Origin: an uncultured Methanomassiliicoccales archaeon
GTDB taxonomy: Archaea; Thermoplasmatota; Thermoplasmata; Methanomassiliicoccales; UBA472
Length of the DNA: 64,000 nucleotides
Assembly (NCBI GenBank): GCA_963695345.1
Contig: OY968769.1
Span: 864,001 to 928,000 of the forward strand
Reading direction: 5' to 3'
The stretch's first letter is position 1. Every line of letters starts with the position of its first letter. Of the stretch, positions 9,780 to 19,668 are shown piece by piece. The notes beneath the pieces are model-generated. The model saw only the letters and a list, made by a program, of their open reading frames with translations, was not told where the DNA came from and did no database searches. Position numbers and translations under genes: made by a program.

Positions 9780-10637
9780 ATGTTCGTCCGTGCCGATCGA
9801 TTGCTCGGTTCCGCTCCCGATCTATTCCCTCAGCACGCGGTCTCTTTCGGATGGGAAGAGTACACGCCCTGTCTGGAGGCGTTCGACACCCGGACCGGGA
9901 AGATGACAAGGATAGAACTGACGGAGATCGACTGGCGGGTTTCCGGGGATAGGATGTGCGTGGGTCGGTACAGTTCAGATGGATATGTCCCCTGTCCGTC
10001 GAAACGGAAGGTGGACCGTTTCGACCAATGCGGAAGCTGCGCATCGGTCTGGATCGGACATCAGGAATGCATCTTCGAACCCAGATGTGACGGGACACGC
10101 TGCGATTCAGAGATCTGCAGAAGGAAACATGTCGTCTATGTGGCGTTCCACGGGGACATGATCAAGATCGGGATGACCTCGGGTTCGAGGCTTAAGGAGA
10201 GAGGCATAGAGCAGGGAGCTGACGCCATCGCGCCAATCGTCGATTGCGACAACCGCATGGCGGCAAGAGCGGCGGAGAACCAGATCTCCCACCTCCTGAA
10301 AGCGCGCCAGACCGTTTCTAAAAAGGAATCGCTGAGGACCATTCTGAGGATAACGGACAAAGGATTGTACGAATCGAGATATGAGGGAGTTCTATCCCAG
10401 GTGTCGAAGATCCTCCCCACCAAGAACGCGCCGCTGGATGTGCTGGATCGATACCCGGTCGCCTTCAGTGACATTGGACAGATAGATGTGTCCCCGCTCG
10501 AGGGCAGGCATGTCGGTGAGGTCGTGGCCATCAAGGGCAAGTTCCTGGTGTACAGGACGAAGAGCGGCAAGGACCTGAAAGCCCTGCAACTATCCAACGT
10601 GCCATCTCACTTCATCAGAACACAGGGAGCACCATAA
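9780..10637 (+). CDS. DUF2797-like Cys-rich protein
   Basis: Cys pairs, H.VY.A, KIG.T...R..EQGA and the C-terminal G.V.AIKG pattern. Confidence 0.7.
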   Translation: MFVRADRLLGSAPDLFPQHAVSFGWEEYTPCLEAFDTRTGKMTRIELTEIDWRVSGDRMCVGRYSSDGYVPCPSKRKVDRFDQCGSCASVWIGHQECIFEPRCDGTRCDSEICRRKHVVYVAFHGDMIKIGMTSGSRLKERGIEQGADAIAPIVDCDNRMAARAAENQISHLLKARQTVSKKESLRTILRITDKGLYESRYEGVLSQVSKILPTKNAPLDVLDRYPVAFSDIGQIDVSPLEGRHVGEVVAIKGKFLVYRTKSGKDLKALQLSNVPSHFIRTQGAP

Positions 10638-10664
10638 TATAGACTCTGGGAAATACTTATACCG

Positions 10665-11753
10665 ATGCGCTCGCAGATCACATTGTTGATGGTGTTTGTT
10701 GTGCTTGCATCAATGATCTCCTCCACTATGATTACGGAGGCGGTGCCATCGGAACATTTTGGTGAAATAAGCTCTTTCACGGTGACGACTGACGGGGGTA
10801 TGTGCTTCATGGAATGGATGCAACCCTCCATGGTCTTAACCTCTGGAGCGCAAGTGGAACGCTATGAGGTATACCGTTCTGTGGAGGATCTCGATCATTT
10901 TGTGCTGTTGGCGACGCTGCCCGCTAGTCAAACAAACTATACGGATACCGATCCGCCATTCGGGGAGGTCTGTTTCTACCAGCTTTTGGCAGTGGCGGGA
11001 GATGATACATACTCCAGCCGTTACGAACCGGTGGGGATCGGGCGGACCGTTCCATCGTCACCTGACCAAACGCGCTGCCTCGCCGGGGACAGTTCGGCCT
11101 TCGCTTCATGGGCATTCGGTCCTGCCCAGATGGGGGGAACGATCAGCTCCTCCTTCATCCTCTACGGCGGATACTCCGCCACCAACCTCACGAAGATAGG
11201 ACAGCTGGCCTCCATGGGTGATGAATCTTGGAACGTGCACTATTACGATTACAAGATCACCGGCCTGGTGAACGGTTTGGGCTACTGGTTTGGCGTGGCT
11301 GCCGTGAACTCGGCCGGCCAGGGACCCATTTCCGGACCGGTCCGGGTAGTTCCGCTGGGGGGCCCCATGAATGTGACCAGCAGCGTCATAAGCGCGAATA
11401 CCGTCGACCCGATACCGGTCAACATTTCATGGACCCCGCCCATTGATACTGCTGGCATTTCACTTTATCTGGTCTGGAGCAGCAGGACCGGAGAGCACGT
11501 CGTAGACCGTAATTCATCCTGGTTCAACGAAACGGTGGCCTGTGACTGGGGAAACCAGTACCGCGTCACAACGGTGTATCAGGATGGCAGCAGGGTCTAT
11601 TCCGATTACGTGTACGTGGCGGGACCCATGGTGGAGGGTGATCCGAACGCTGGAAGTAAGGCCTTGACACTCATAGGAACAATCATCCTTCTGTCAAACG
11701 TGATCGGCGGCGCGGTCATATTGACCCAGAAACGTCTGAGGATACGAGGCTGA
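10665..11753 (+). CDS. secreted or surface protein with fibronectin type III repeats and a C-terminal TM anchor
   Basis: N-terminal signal peptide; YEVYRS...YTD and GLVNG..YWF.VAAVNSAGQG FN3 patterns; C-terminal hydrophobic helix followed by KRLRIR. Confidence 0.75.
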   Translation: MRSQITLLMVFVVLASMISSTMITEAVPSEHFGEISSFTVTTDGGMCFMEWMQPSMVLTSGAQVERYEVYRSVEDLDHFVLLATLPASQTNYTDTDPPFGEVCFYQLLAVAGDDTYSSRYEPVGIGRTVPSSPDQTRCLAGDSSAFASWAFGPAQMGGTISSSFILYGGYSATNLTKIGQLASMGDESWNVHYYDYKITGLVNGLGYWFGVAAVNSAGQGPISGPVRVVPLGGPMNVTSSVISANTVDPIPVNISWTPPIDTAGISLYLVWSSRTGEHVVDRNSSWFNETVACDWGNQYRVTTVYQDGSRVYSDYVYVAGPMVEGDPNAGSKALTLIGTIILLSNVIGGAVILTQKRLRIRG

Positions 11754-11883
11754 ACCCCCTGCGTGGGTTGAGATCAAACGCGGATTGTCCTGGTCCTCAA
11801 ATCCAGATGCGGCGTCTAGAAATGTAAATAAGTAACCATGCCATGTTAGCCGAATACCAAGGCCTCCCTAGAGGGTTAATCAT

Positions 11884-12837
11884 ATGACCAAGATCCTTAG
11901 TCCTGAAGAGATCAAACAGAAGTTCGGTCAATATTTCTGCCGTGGCATATACACGATGGTCGATGAGAAGAACAACGTTGCCCAGATCATCGAGGAGTGC
12001 AGCGCCAAGGGACCGGTGGAGTGGGATGCCGTCAACAGGAAAAGGGCGAAGGGCGCCATCACCAAGATCAGAGTGGAAGGCACCACCCTGATCATGGACA
12101 CGATAATCGGAGAACGGGAGCTGAAGTTCGGAGCCGCCTCGAAGGACCTTGGCGGTCAGGGCCTGAGGTCGCTGACGATCGATGGCGATAACGTCAGGAC
12201 CGCCTGGGTCGGACTGGCGGGAGCCAGCGTCGGGATAGGGGCCTGCATGCCGCAGGGTCCGGGCACCATCTGCGCGGAGTATCCCGATGAGATAAGTATA
12301 GGCGGGGCGCACATGATCGAGGTAACAGTGGTCACCCCGAAACTGGTGCGGGTGATCATCGGGGTCGATGATACGGACACAAGGGAGAAGGGAGCCACCT
12401 GGGCCTCCGTCCTCAAGCTGGCGAGGTCCTGCCCCATCGGTCATTTCCTTGAGCACAAGATCATCCAGCTCAATCCGGAGGCGCCGGAGAAGACCACCAA
12501 CTGCACTTCATCGGCGGTCTCCTTCGCCATCGCGGAGAAGGAGGTTGAAGATCTGGTCCAGTACTTCGTGGAGGGGGTCAGGAAGGAAACCCTCTCCGAC
12601 CACACCGTGGTGGCGGCGTACGTCGGCCTGAAGGTCCCAGACCCATTGGTCAAGTACGGATGGGAGGCGAAGAGCATTCTCTACAACGTCGATTCGGCAT
12701 TCCGGGTCGCCGAGCAGAACGGGGTGCGCATCTTCGAGATAACCGGAAGGGGCGGAGCAATAGGGGCGGTGTCGGCGATAGGGTGCTTCGACCTGGGACT
12801 AAGGGCATCCGGACTGCCCGAGGACTTCGAAAACTAA
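11884..12837 (+). CDS. methanogenesis marker protein 11 (TiaS-like C-terminal domain)
   Basis: Motifs GPVEWDAVNR, GLAGASVG..AC, IGVDDTDT...GATW and QLNP..P.KTTNC. Confidence 0.85.
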   Translation: MTKILSPEEIKQKFGQYFCRGIYTMVDEKNNVAQIIEECSAKGPVEWDAVNRKRAKGAITKIRVEGTTLIMDTIIGERELKFGAASKDLGGQGLRSLTIDGDNVRTAWVGLAGASVGIGACMPQGPGTICAEYPDEISIGGAHMIEVTVVTPKLVRVIIGVDDTDTREKGATWASVLKLARSCPIGHFLEHKIIQLNPEAPEKTTNCTSSAVSFAIAEKEVEDLVQYFVEGVRKETLSDHTVVAAYVGLKVPDPLVKYGWEAKSILYNVDSAFRVAEQNGVRIFEITGRGGAIGAVSAIGCFDLGLRASGLPEDFEN

Positions 12838-12870
12838 ATGAGCCTGCAAGTGTTGGCAAGACGGTAAGGT

Positions 12871-13662
12871 GTGGTTACGGTTAAGAGCGAGATCTCCAGG
12901 GTCATAGCCAATACGGCGTTCCAGACCTATGAGCGCAAACTCCAGAAGGAGATCGAGGAGGGCCAGGTGCCGAGGCATGTGGCCATCATCATGGACGGCA
13001 ACCGCCGCTTCGCCAAGGAGTTCGGCCTGAGCACCACGGAAGGCCACATCAAGGGCAAGGACAAGCTGGAGGAGGTCATGGAGTGGTGCCGGGAACTGGG
13101 CGTGAAGATCCTTACGGTCTATGCCTTCAGCACCGAGAACCTCAACCGCGAGCCGGAAGAGATCGAGTACCTGATGAACCTGTTCGAGGACAACTTCAAG
13201 CGGCTGGCGACGGACGAGAGGATCCACAAGTACCATATCCGCCTGACCGTGATCGGGCAGCGCGAACTGCTCCCCGACCGGGTCCAGAAGGCCATCCAGG
13301 TGGCGGAGGATGCCACCAAGCAGTATGACTCCTACTTCTACAACATCGCCATCGCGTATGGCAGCAGGCAGGAGATCATCCAGGCGATCAAGCAGATCGC
13401 AGAGGCGGTCAAGGACGGCAAGATGGAGGTGGAGGATATCGACGAGGAGGTCTTCTCCAAGTTCCTCTATACCGCTGACTTCCCCGATCCGGACCTGATC
13501 CTCCGTACCTCCGGCGAGGAGCGGATATCGAACTTCCTGCTCTGGCAGCTCGCTTATGCCGAGCTGTACTTCACCGACGTATACTGGCCGGGATTCCGGA
13601 AGGTGGACTTCATGAGGGCCATCCGGTCATACCAACTGAGACAGCGTCGCTTCGGCAAGTGA
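12871..13662 (+). CDS. uppS: cis-polyprenyl diphosphate synthase (UppS)
   Basis: Motifs HVAIIMDGNRR, YAFSTEN and PDLILRTSGEERISNFLLWQ. Confidence 0.95.
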   Translation: MVTVKSEISRVIANTAFQTYERKLQKEIEEGQVPRHVAIIMDGNRRFAKEFGLSTTEGHIKGKDKLEEVMEWCRELGVKILTVYAFSTENLNREPEEIEYLMNLFEDNFKRLATDERIHKYHIRLTVIGQRELLPDRVQKAIQVAEDATKQYDSYFYNIAIAYGSRQEIIQAIKQIAEAVKDGKMEVEDIDEEVFSKFLYTADFPDPDLILRTSGEERISNFLLWQLAYAELYFTDVYWPGFRKVDFMRAIRSYQLRQRRFGK

Positions 13663-13707
13663 GTTTTAATACCCACAACATTTTCTCGTCGCACCGGGGG
13701 ACATCGC

Positions 13708-15429
13708 TTGCGGGAAGACCTCATACTCATACACGCTCCCAGCGTCTACGACTTCAGAAAGGAATTCCTATTCTACGGACCGGTCAGCGACCTGGTGCCC
13801 TCCACCCCGGTCTTCGAGATGTACCCGATCGGGTTCACGACCATGGCGACGGCCCTGCATGAGGCCGGCTTCCGGGTCCGCATCATCAATCTGGCCAGCA
13901 TGATGCTCAACGACAGCAAGCTGGACGCCGAGAAGCTGATCGCCAAGCTGGATTCGGCTGTCTTCGGCATCGACCTGCATTGGCTTCCGCACGCCCAGGG
14001 CGCCTTGGAAGTGGCCAAGCTGGTCAAGAAGCTGCATCCCGATTCCAAGGTCCTCATGGGAGGATTCTCCTCGACCTACTACCATCAGGAGCTCATCGGT
14101 TACCCCCAGGTCGACCTGGTGCTGAGGGGGGATTCCACCGAGGGACCGGTCACGGAACTGATGCAGGCACTGGAGAAGGGCACTCCGCTGGAGAAGGTCC
14201 AGAACCTCACCTGGAAGGACGATTCCGGGAAGGCGCATTTCAACGAGCTCACCTACGTGCCGGCCGACCTGGACCACTTGGATATCGATTATGGCTGGAT
14301 CGTGAAATCGGTCATACGGCATCGGGACCTGGAAGGGTTCAAGCCGTTCAAGGACTGGGACCGCTACCCGCTCACGGTCGCCTTCACCGTGCGGGGCTGT
14401 TCGGTTCAATGCGCGGTTTGCGGCGGCTCATGCTCGGCCATGAAGGGTTTCCTCGGCAGGAGCCGTCCGGCGTTCCGCTCGCCGGAAAAGGTGGCCGCCG
14501 ACATCCACAACATCCAGCAATACCTGAAGGCGCCCACCTTCGTGGTCGGCGACCTGCGCCAGAACGGAAAGGGCTACGCAGAACGGTTCTTCAAGGAAGC
14601 GAAGGAGCTGGGCATCAGGAACCAGCTTATCCTGGAAACCTTTACCCCGGCGAACGATGAGTTCTATGCCATGGCCCAGAGCTCGCTGGAATCGTACTCG
14701 GTGGAGTTCTCACCCGATTCGCATGATGAGAGGGTAAGGAACGCCCTCGGCCGAAGGTTCGACACGCCGAGCATGGAACGCTCGGTCAAGAGCGCCTTGG
14801 ACCACGGGGCGGAGAGGTTCGACCTCTTCTTCATGATCGGCCTCCCCCAGCAGACCCGGGAATCCGCCCTGGCCAGCGCCGAGTACTCCCGCAAGATGTA
14901 CGAGATGGTGGGTAACGACGAAAGGCTGTTCGTCTTCACCTCGCCGCTGGCGCCGTTCCTGGACCCGGGCAGCATAATATTCGAGAACCCCTCCAAGTTC
15001 GGGTACCGGTCATTGGCGAGAACGCTGGAAGAGCATCGCACCAGGCTGCTCTCGCCCTCGTGGAAGTATGTACTGTCGTATGAAACCGAATGGATGGACC
15101 GGGACCAGATCGCCGACGCGTCCTACGACGCCGCCGACATCCTGAACAACGTCCGGTTCGAGTGCGACCAGATCGGCCGGGAAGAGCTCGATCTGCGCCT
15201 GGCCCGGTCGGAGAACGCCAGGAAGATGATGGGCCGCATAGACGGGATCATGAGGATGAAGGACGTGAATGACCGGCAGGAGGCGTTCCGTTCGCTGAAG
15301 GCCGAGACCGAGGAACTGATGGATTCGACGATATGCCAGAAGTCCGACCTGGAATGGGCCACGAAAGGGGTCGTGCATAGCGTGCCCAGGGCCGTGTTCG
15401 GGTTGATGAAAGGGAAGAGAAAGAAGTAG
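13708..15429 (+). CDS. B12-binding domain / radical SAM protein (resembles the TIGR04190 family)
   Basis: N-terminal DLILIHAPSVYDFR and GIDLHW.PH B12-binding domain; CxxxCxxC motif RGCSVQCAVC. Confidence 0.85.
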   Translation: MREDLILIHAPSVYDFRKEFLFYGPVSDLVPSTPVFEMYPIGFTTMATALHEAGFRVRIINLASMMLNDSKLDAEKLIAKLDSAVFGIDLHWLPHAQGALEVAKLVKKLHPDSKVLMGGFSSTYYHQELIGYPQVDLVLRGDSTEGPVTELMQALEKGTPLEKVQNLTWKDDSGKAHFNELTYVPADLDHLDIDYGWIVKSVIRHRDLEGFKPFKDWDRYPLTVAFTVRGCSVQCAVCGGSCSAMKGFLGRSRPAFRSPEKVAADIHNIQQYLKAPTFVVGDLRQNGKGYAERFFKEAKELGIRNQLILETFTPANDEFYAMAQSSLESYSVEFSPDSHDERVRNALGRRFDTPSMERSVKSALDHGAERFDLFFMIGLPQQTRESALASAEYSRKMYEMVGNDERLFVFTSPLAPFLDPGSIIFENPSKFGYRSLARTLEEHRTRLLSPSWKYVLSYETEWMDRDQIADASYDAADILNNVRFECDQIGREELDLRLARSENARKMMGRIDGIMRMKDVNDRQEAFRSLKAETEELMDSTICQKSDLEWATKGVVHSVPRAVFGLMKGKRKK

Positions 15430-15434
15430 GAACG

Positions 15435-15920
15435 TTACTTCTTGGCCATCGCCCTGGCCTTGTCCGCGCCTGCCATGATGAGCTTCCTGACGCCGTCCGG
15501 GTCCTCTTCACCATTCTCCTCCATTGTTACACTGTCGACCCGTATCGGTCGGTTGAACTCGACGTAGGAGTAATGACCCCAATCGCCCCTTATCCGCACA
15601 TCGGTTCGGTAGGAGCCCACCGTCTCCACTGAGCTTATCTTCTCCAGATGGTCCGATTCATTGAGCACGTATTTCCTGTGGAATATGCCCTTGAGGACCA
15701 GTATCAGCAGCCTCTTGTCGGTGAGGACCATCAGTGCCGGTTCCGGAGCACCTACATTCCTTTCCCCGCGCAGGACCCTGGTACCCATGGACGTCCTCAT
15801 CGATTCGTGGGACGGGCTGAAGCCCTTCCAAACCTGGACCAACGATTCGTCGGCGTCGAGAAATGAAGCTGGTCCGATGCCTTTCATGGCCGACCGATCG
15901 GATGTTTTGGCATTGACCAT
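15435..15920 (-). CDS. hypothetical protein, possibly PH-like fold
   Basis: ORF immediately downstream of the geranylgeranyl reductase; contains LVLTDKRLL-type motif. Confidence 0.55.
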   Translation of the reverse strand: MVNAKTSDRSAMKGIGPASFLDADESLVQVWKGFSPSHESMRTSMGTRVLRGERNVGAPEPALMVLTDKRLLILVLKGIFHRKYVLNESDHLEKISSVETVGSYRTDVRIRGDWGHYSYVEFNRPIRVDSVTMEENGEEDPDGVRKLIMAGADKARAMAKK

Positions 15921-15930
15921 CGGGACCACA

Positions 15931-17022
15931 CTACGGGAGAACCGGCTTGCAGCGGATAAGCTTGTTGATGCGCCTCTGACCCAGGAGCCGCATGGCCCAC
16001 TCCAGGCGCCACTGGCTTCCGAAACAGGTGTTGGCCAGCCATTTGGTGTGGACCGCCGAGGCAAGAGGTTTGTAAATCTCCTTTCTCCACCGGTCCTCAT
16101 ACGCCTTCAACGGCAGGCCCTTGGTGACCGTGCCGGCTGCCGCCTGTCCCGCTATCCTTCCGCAGATCATGGAGATCGGGATGCCGCCGCCGTTCACCGC
16201 CATGACCTGTCCTGCCGCATCGCCGACCACCAGGGAGTCGCCGATGACCGTCCGTTTGATCGGGCCGGACATCGGAATGAGCTTTCCCATCAGCGGTTCG
16301 TCGCTGGTGAGGTTCTTCAGCTTCATGAACTTGTCAAAGTACTCACCGACCGGCATCTGGGAGAAATGGGTCGCTACTCCGAGCCCGACGTTCGCCCCGA
16401 CCTTCTTCGGCAATATCCAAGCGTATCCACCAGGCGCCACGGTGCCGAAGTACATCTCCGGGATCGGCTCGAAATCAGCCTTCACCTGGAGCGATACCCC
16501 CGGACAAAGATCGGTGGAACGTCCGTATCCCAGGCTCTTTCCCACCAGGGAAAGGGGGCCGTCCGCCCCTATGATGACCTTGGCCTCGATGTCCATCTCT
16601 GGCGTTGAGACGGTCCTCGCGGTCACCTTGGTGCAGGCCAGATCGGTGCGCAGTTCGGCCCCCGCCTTGACCGCTTTCGATGCCAGGAATTGGTCGAAGC
16701 GGTCCCTGTCCGTGGTATAACCGGCGAACGGGACCTCCCAACGGGTCATTCGTGGAGAATATATGCGGATCATCTCGGTGGTAAGGGAACGAAGATCTCC
16801 GGGAATGTCGAAAAGAGAATCCAAGTCATTGGCCTTTGGAAAGATCGTCCTCATCTCCTCCACCGCGGGCATGAACTCGCCGCACCGGACCGGGACACCG
16901 ACCTTGGGCCTTTTCTCCAGAATGAGGACCTGGGCTCCACCGAGAGCCGCGTGCTCGGCGGCCGAGCTTCCTGCTGGACCGGCCCCGACGACCACCACAT
17001 CGACCTTAACAACCTTGGTCAT
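15931..17022 (-). CDS. geranylgeranyl reductase family flavoprotein
   Basis: Motifs VVGAGPAG, PVRCGE, R..FD, GADG, PGGYAWI.PK and GDAAG.V...NGGGI. Confidence 0.92.
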   Translation of the reverse strand: MTKVVKVDVVVVGAGPAGSSAAEHAALGGAQVLILEKRPKVGVPVRCGEFMPAVEEMRTIFPKANDLDSLFDIPGDLRSLTTEMIRIYSPRMTRWEVPFAGYTTDRDRFDQFLASKAVKAGAELRTDLACTKVTARTVSTPEMDIEAKVIIGADGPLSLVGKSLGYGRSTDLCPGVSLQVKADFEPIPEMYFGTVAPGGYAWILPKKVGANVGLGVATHFSQMPVGEYFDKFMKLKNLTSDEPLMGKLIPMSGPIKRTVIGDSLVVGDAAGQVMAVNGGGIPISMICGRIAGQAAAGTVTKGLPLKAYEDRWRKEIYKPLASAVHTKWLANTCFGSQWRLEWAMRLLGQRRINKLIRCKPVLP

Positions 17023-17069
17023 TGGATACGCCTCTTGAACTCAGATGGATGAATAAATTGACAACCTTC

Positions 17070-18035
17070 TCAGGACTTCCGGTCCAGGATGGCTTTCGTG
17101 AGTGCCTTCAAGGCCTCCTTGTACTCGGACGGCCGGAGGATCTCGAGATCGAGCAGCGCTTTGTTCGCGTACTCCTCGGCCAGCTCGGAAGAGGCGTCCA
17201 GAGCCTTGGTCTTCTTTACTAGGGCAATGGCCTCGGCGACCTCTTCCGGATCCTTCCGGTCCTTCCTGAATATCTCCCTGATGCGAACGCCATGGACCTT
17301 GTCATGCATGGCAATGATAAGAGGTAGGGTGGGTTTTCCATCTATGATGTCGATCCCGTGAGGTTTTCCCAGAGAGGCCTCCTCCCCGGTGACATCCAGG
17401 ATGTCATCGACGATCTGGAACGCTATGCCGATGTTCATGCCATAGCTGCCCATCGCCTCCATTACCGCCGGGGTCGCGTCGGCCAGGTAACTTCCCACCC
17501 GGGCACCGGCCTCGAACGGCCTGGCGGTCTTGCCCTCGATGATACTGATGTAAACGTCCTCGTTGGTGTCCTGGTCGTGTTCGTAGTCGCTCTGGAGGAT
17601 CTCCGATTCGGCAATCCCGGTGCAGGCATCGGCGACCAGGCCGATGACCTTCTCGTCAAAGGCCCCGCCCAGCGCGAAGCTCTTCACGAACAGGAAATCT
17701 CCGGCGATGAGCGCTTTCTGAGTTCCGTATTTCTTGTAAGCCGCCTGCCGCCCACGACGCATCTCACCGTGGTCGTTGATGTCATCATGGATGAGCGTGG
17801 CGCTGTGGATGAGCTCGAACGCGGAAGCGACCTTGATCACTTTCTCCGGGTCCGTCCCTCCAGTCGCCTTGAACACGAGGATCGCCACCGCCGGGCGCAT
17901 CCTCTTGCCCCCGGATGTGATGATGTAATTGCTTATCTCGGTGAGCAATGGTTGCTCGGAATGTACACTTTCACGGAGCTGCTCCTCGACCAGCATTAGC
18001 TCTTTTTGAACAGGAGCATCCCAGGTAGAAACCAT
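17070..18035 (-). CDS. trans-polyprenyl diphosphate synthase, probably long-chain type
   Basis: GGKRMRP, first Asp-rich motif ATLIHDDIND..RRG, GKTA, second motif FQIVDDILD. Confidence 0.93.
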   Translation of the reverse strand: MVSTWDAPVQKELMLVEEQLRESVHSEQPLLTEISNYIITSGGKRMRPAVAILVFKATGGTDPEKVIKVASAFELIHSATLIHDDINDHGEMRRGRQAAYKKYGTQKALIAGDFLFVKSFALGGAFDEKVIGLVADACTGIAESEILQSDYEHDQDTNEDVYISIIEGKTARPFEAGARVGSYLADATPAVMEAMGSYGMNIGIAFQIVDDILDVTGEEASLGKPHGIDIIDGKPTLPLIIAMHDKVHGVRIREIFRKDRKDPEEVAEAIALVKKTKALDASSELAEEYANKALLDLEILRPSEYKEALKALTKAILDRKS

Positions 18036-18079
18036 CGAGCCTCGATAATGTCCAATCTATACTTAAGATTACTGGCATT

Positions 18080-18120
18080 AAAAAAATGTCTAAAATTGAG
18101 AGCCACAGAGGCCAAAAAAA
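18080..18120 (-). terminator. oligo-T tracts downstream of fpoN (archaeal-type terminator candidate)
   Basis: Two A7 runs on the + strand (about 18080-18086 and 18114-18120) read as T7 on the fpo strand. Confidence 0.4.
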
Positions 18121-18194
18121 CCGTTAGGCCGACGGCGTATTGGAGCGCTCGCTGGGCCATGAAAAATGAAAAAGGGAATTGGTTTGTTGGGGTT

Positions 18195-19668
18195 TCAAGC
18201 TCCGGCGAAGAACGCGGCGGCCGCGTTCTGTGCTGCCTGATAGAACGGACCCGGCCAAACTCCGATCAGGATCACCATGAATACGCAGATGGCGACCGCG
18301 GCGACCATCGAGATCGGCAGTTTCAGCTTCTCCGTCGGTGCCCCTTCCTCGGCCTCGTCCACATACATGTACTTCACGACGCGTACGTAATAGTACAGGG
18401 AGATGGCAGAGTTGATTATGGCGGCGACTGCCAGCCAGATCATCCAACCATTTCCCGGGATCGTCGACGCGTCGATCGGGGATGAGAACAGGACGAACTT
18501 CGAGAAGAAACCTGCCAGTGGAGGTATTCCCGCCAGGGAGAACAACAACACCGTCATCCCGAAAGCCATGAACGGAGCCCGCTTGGCCAGTCCCTTGTAG
18601 TTGCTGATGGATTCGCCGACCGCCACCGTTGCCAACGTGGCCACGATCAGGAACGCCCCGCCCTTCATGAACGCGTGCGTCATGATCTGCATGATACCAG
18701 CGGACAAGGCGAAGTGCAGTGGCGACCGGCATAGCGATATCAGGATGTACCCTGCCTGGGCGATCGATGAGTAGGCCAGCATCCTCTTGATGTTGGTCTG
18801 GCTTATTGCCGCCAGATTGCCGACCGTCATGGTCACGATGGCGATGATCCCGATGAGCACGTCCCAGTTCGACTTTATCGCGAAGAGGCCGATCAGCAGC
18901 ACCTTGAACAGAGGCCATGAAACCCATCTTCTTGCTGCCGCCGGCCAGCATCGCGGTCACGGTGGTTGGGCGCTCCCTCATAGACGTCCGGGGCCCACAT
19001 GTGGAACGGGACGATGGCCACTTTGAATCCGAAGCCGGCGACGATCATTATGAGCGCCAGGAATATCACCGGTTGCATCGGCGAGTTCATGGTCACTGCG
19101 TCTGCGATGCCCGCGAAGTTGGTCGTGTCGGTGACCCCGTACAGCAAGGATATGCCGAACAGGGCGAGGCCGGAGGACAATCCACCGATGATGAAGTACT
19201 TGACCGCCGCCTCCGCTCCCTGGGCGTCCCTCTTCCTGAAGGCCACCAGGGCGTAGGAGGATATGCTGGTCAGTTCGATACCGACGAACAGCGCGACCAG
19301 GTCGTTCGAGCAGGCCACGACCATCATGCCGATGGTGGCCAGCAGTATCAGCGAGTAGAACTCCGGCTGGTGCTTGTCCTCCTCGATGAAGCGGGCCGAC
19401 GCCAGTATGACGTAGAAGGCCACTGCCAGGAAGATCATCATGAACAGCGCGGAGAACTGGTCCAGCCTGAGTATGCCGCCCTCCAGTCCAACCGCGGTGC
19501 TGTTGTTGTAGACGAACATGAAGACATCTGCGAATGCCAGTCCAACTCCTACCAGGGAGAATGCCGCACAGATCTTGCTGCTGTTCTTGGACAGCAGTCG
19601 ACCGCCGGCACCAGTATGGCGAACAGCGCCACTATGATCTCAGGACGAATTGCTTGGATATCGATCAT
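18195..19668 (-). CDS. fpoN: Fpo/Nuo subunit N (frameshifted in this sequence)
   Basis: Fragments in several frames: EAAVKYF, FKVAIVPFHMWAPDVYEGAP, KRMLAYSSI and SLAGIPPLAGF. Confidence 0.88.
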
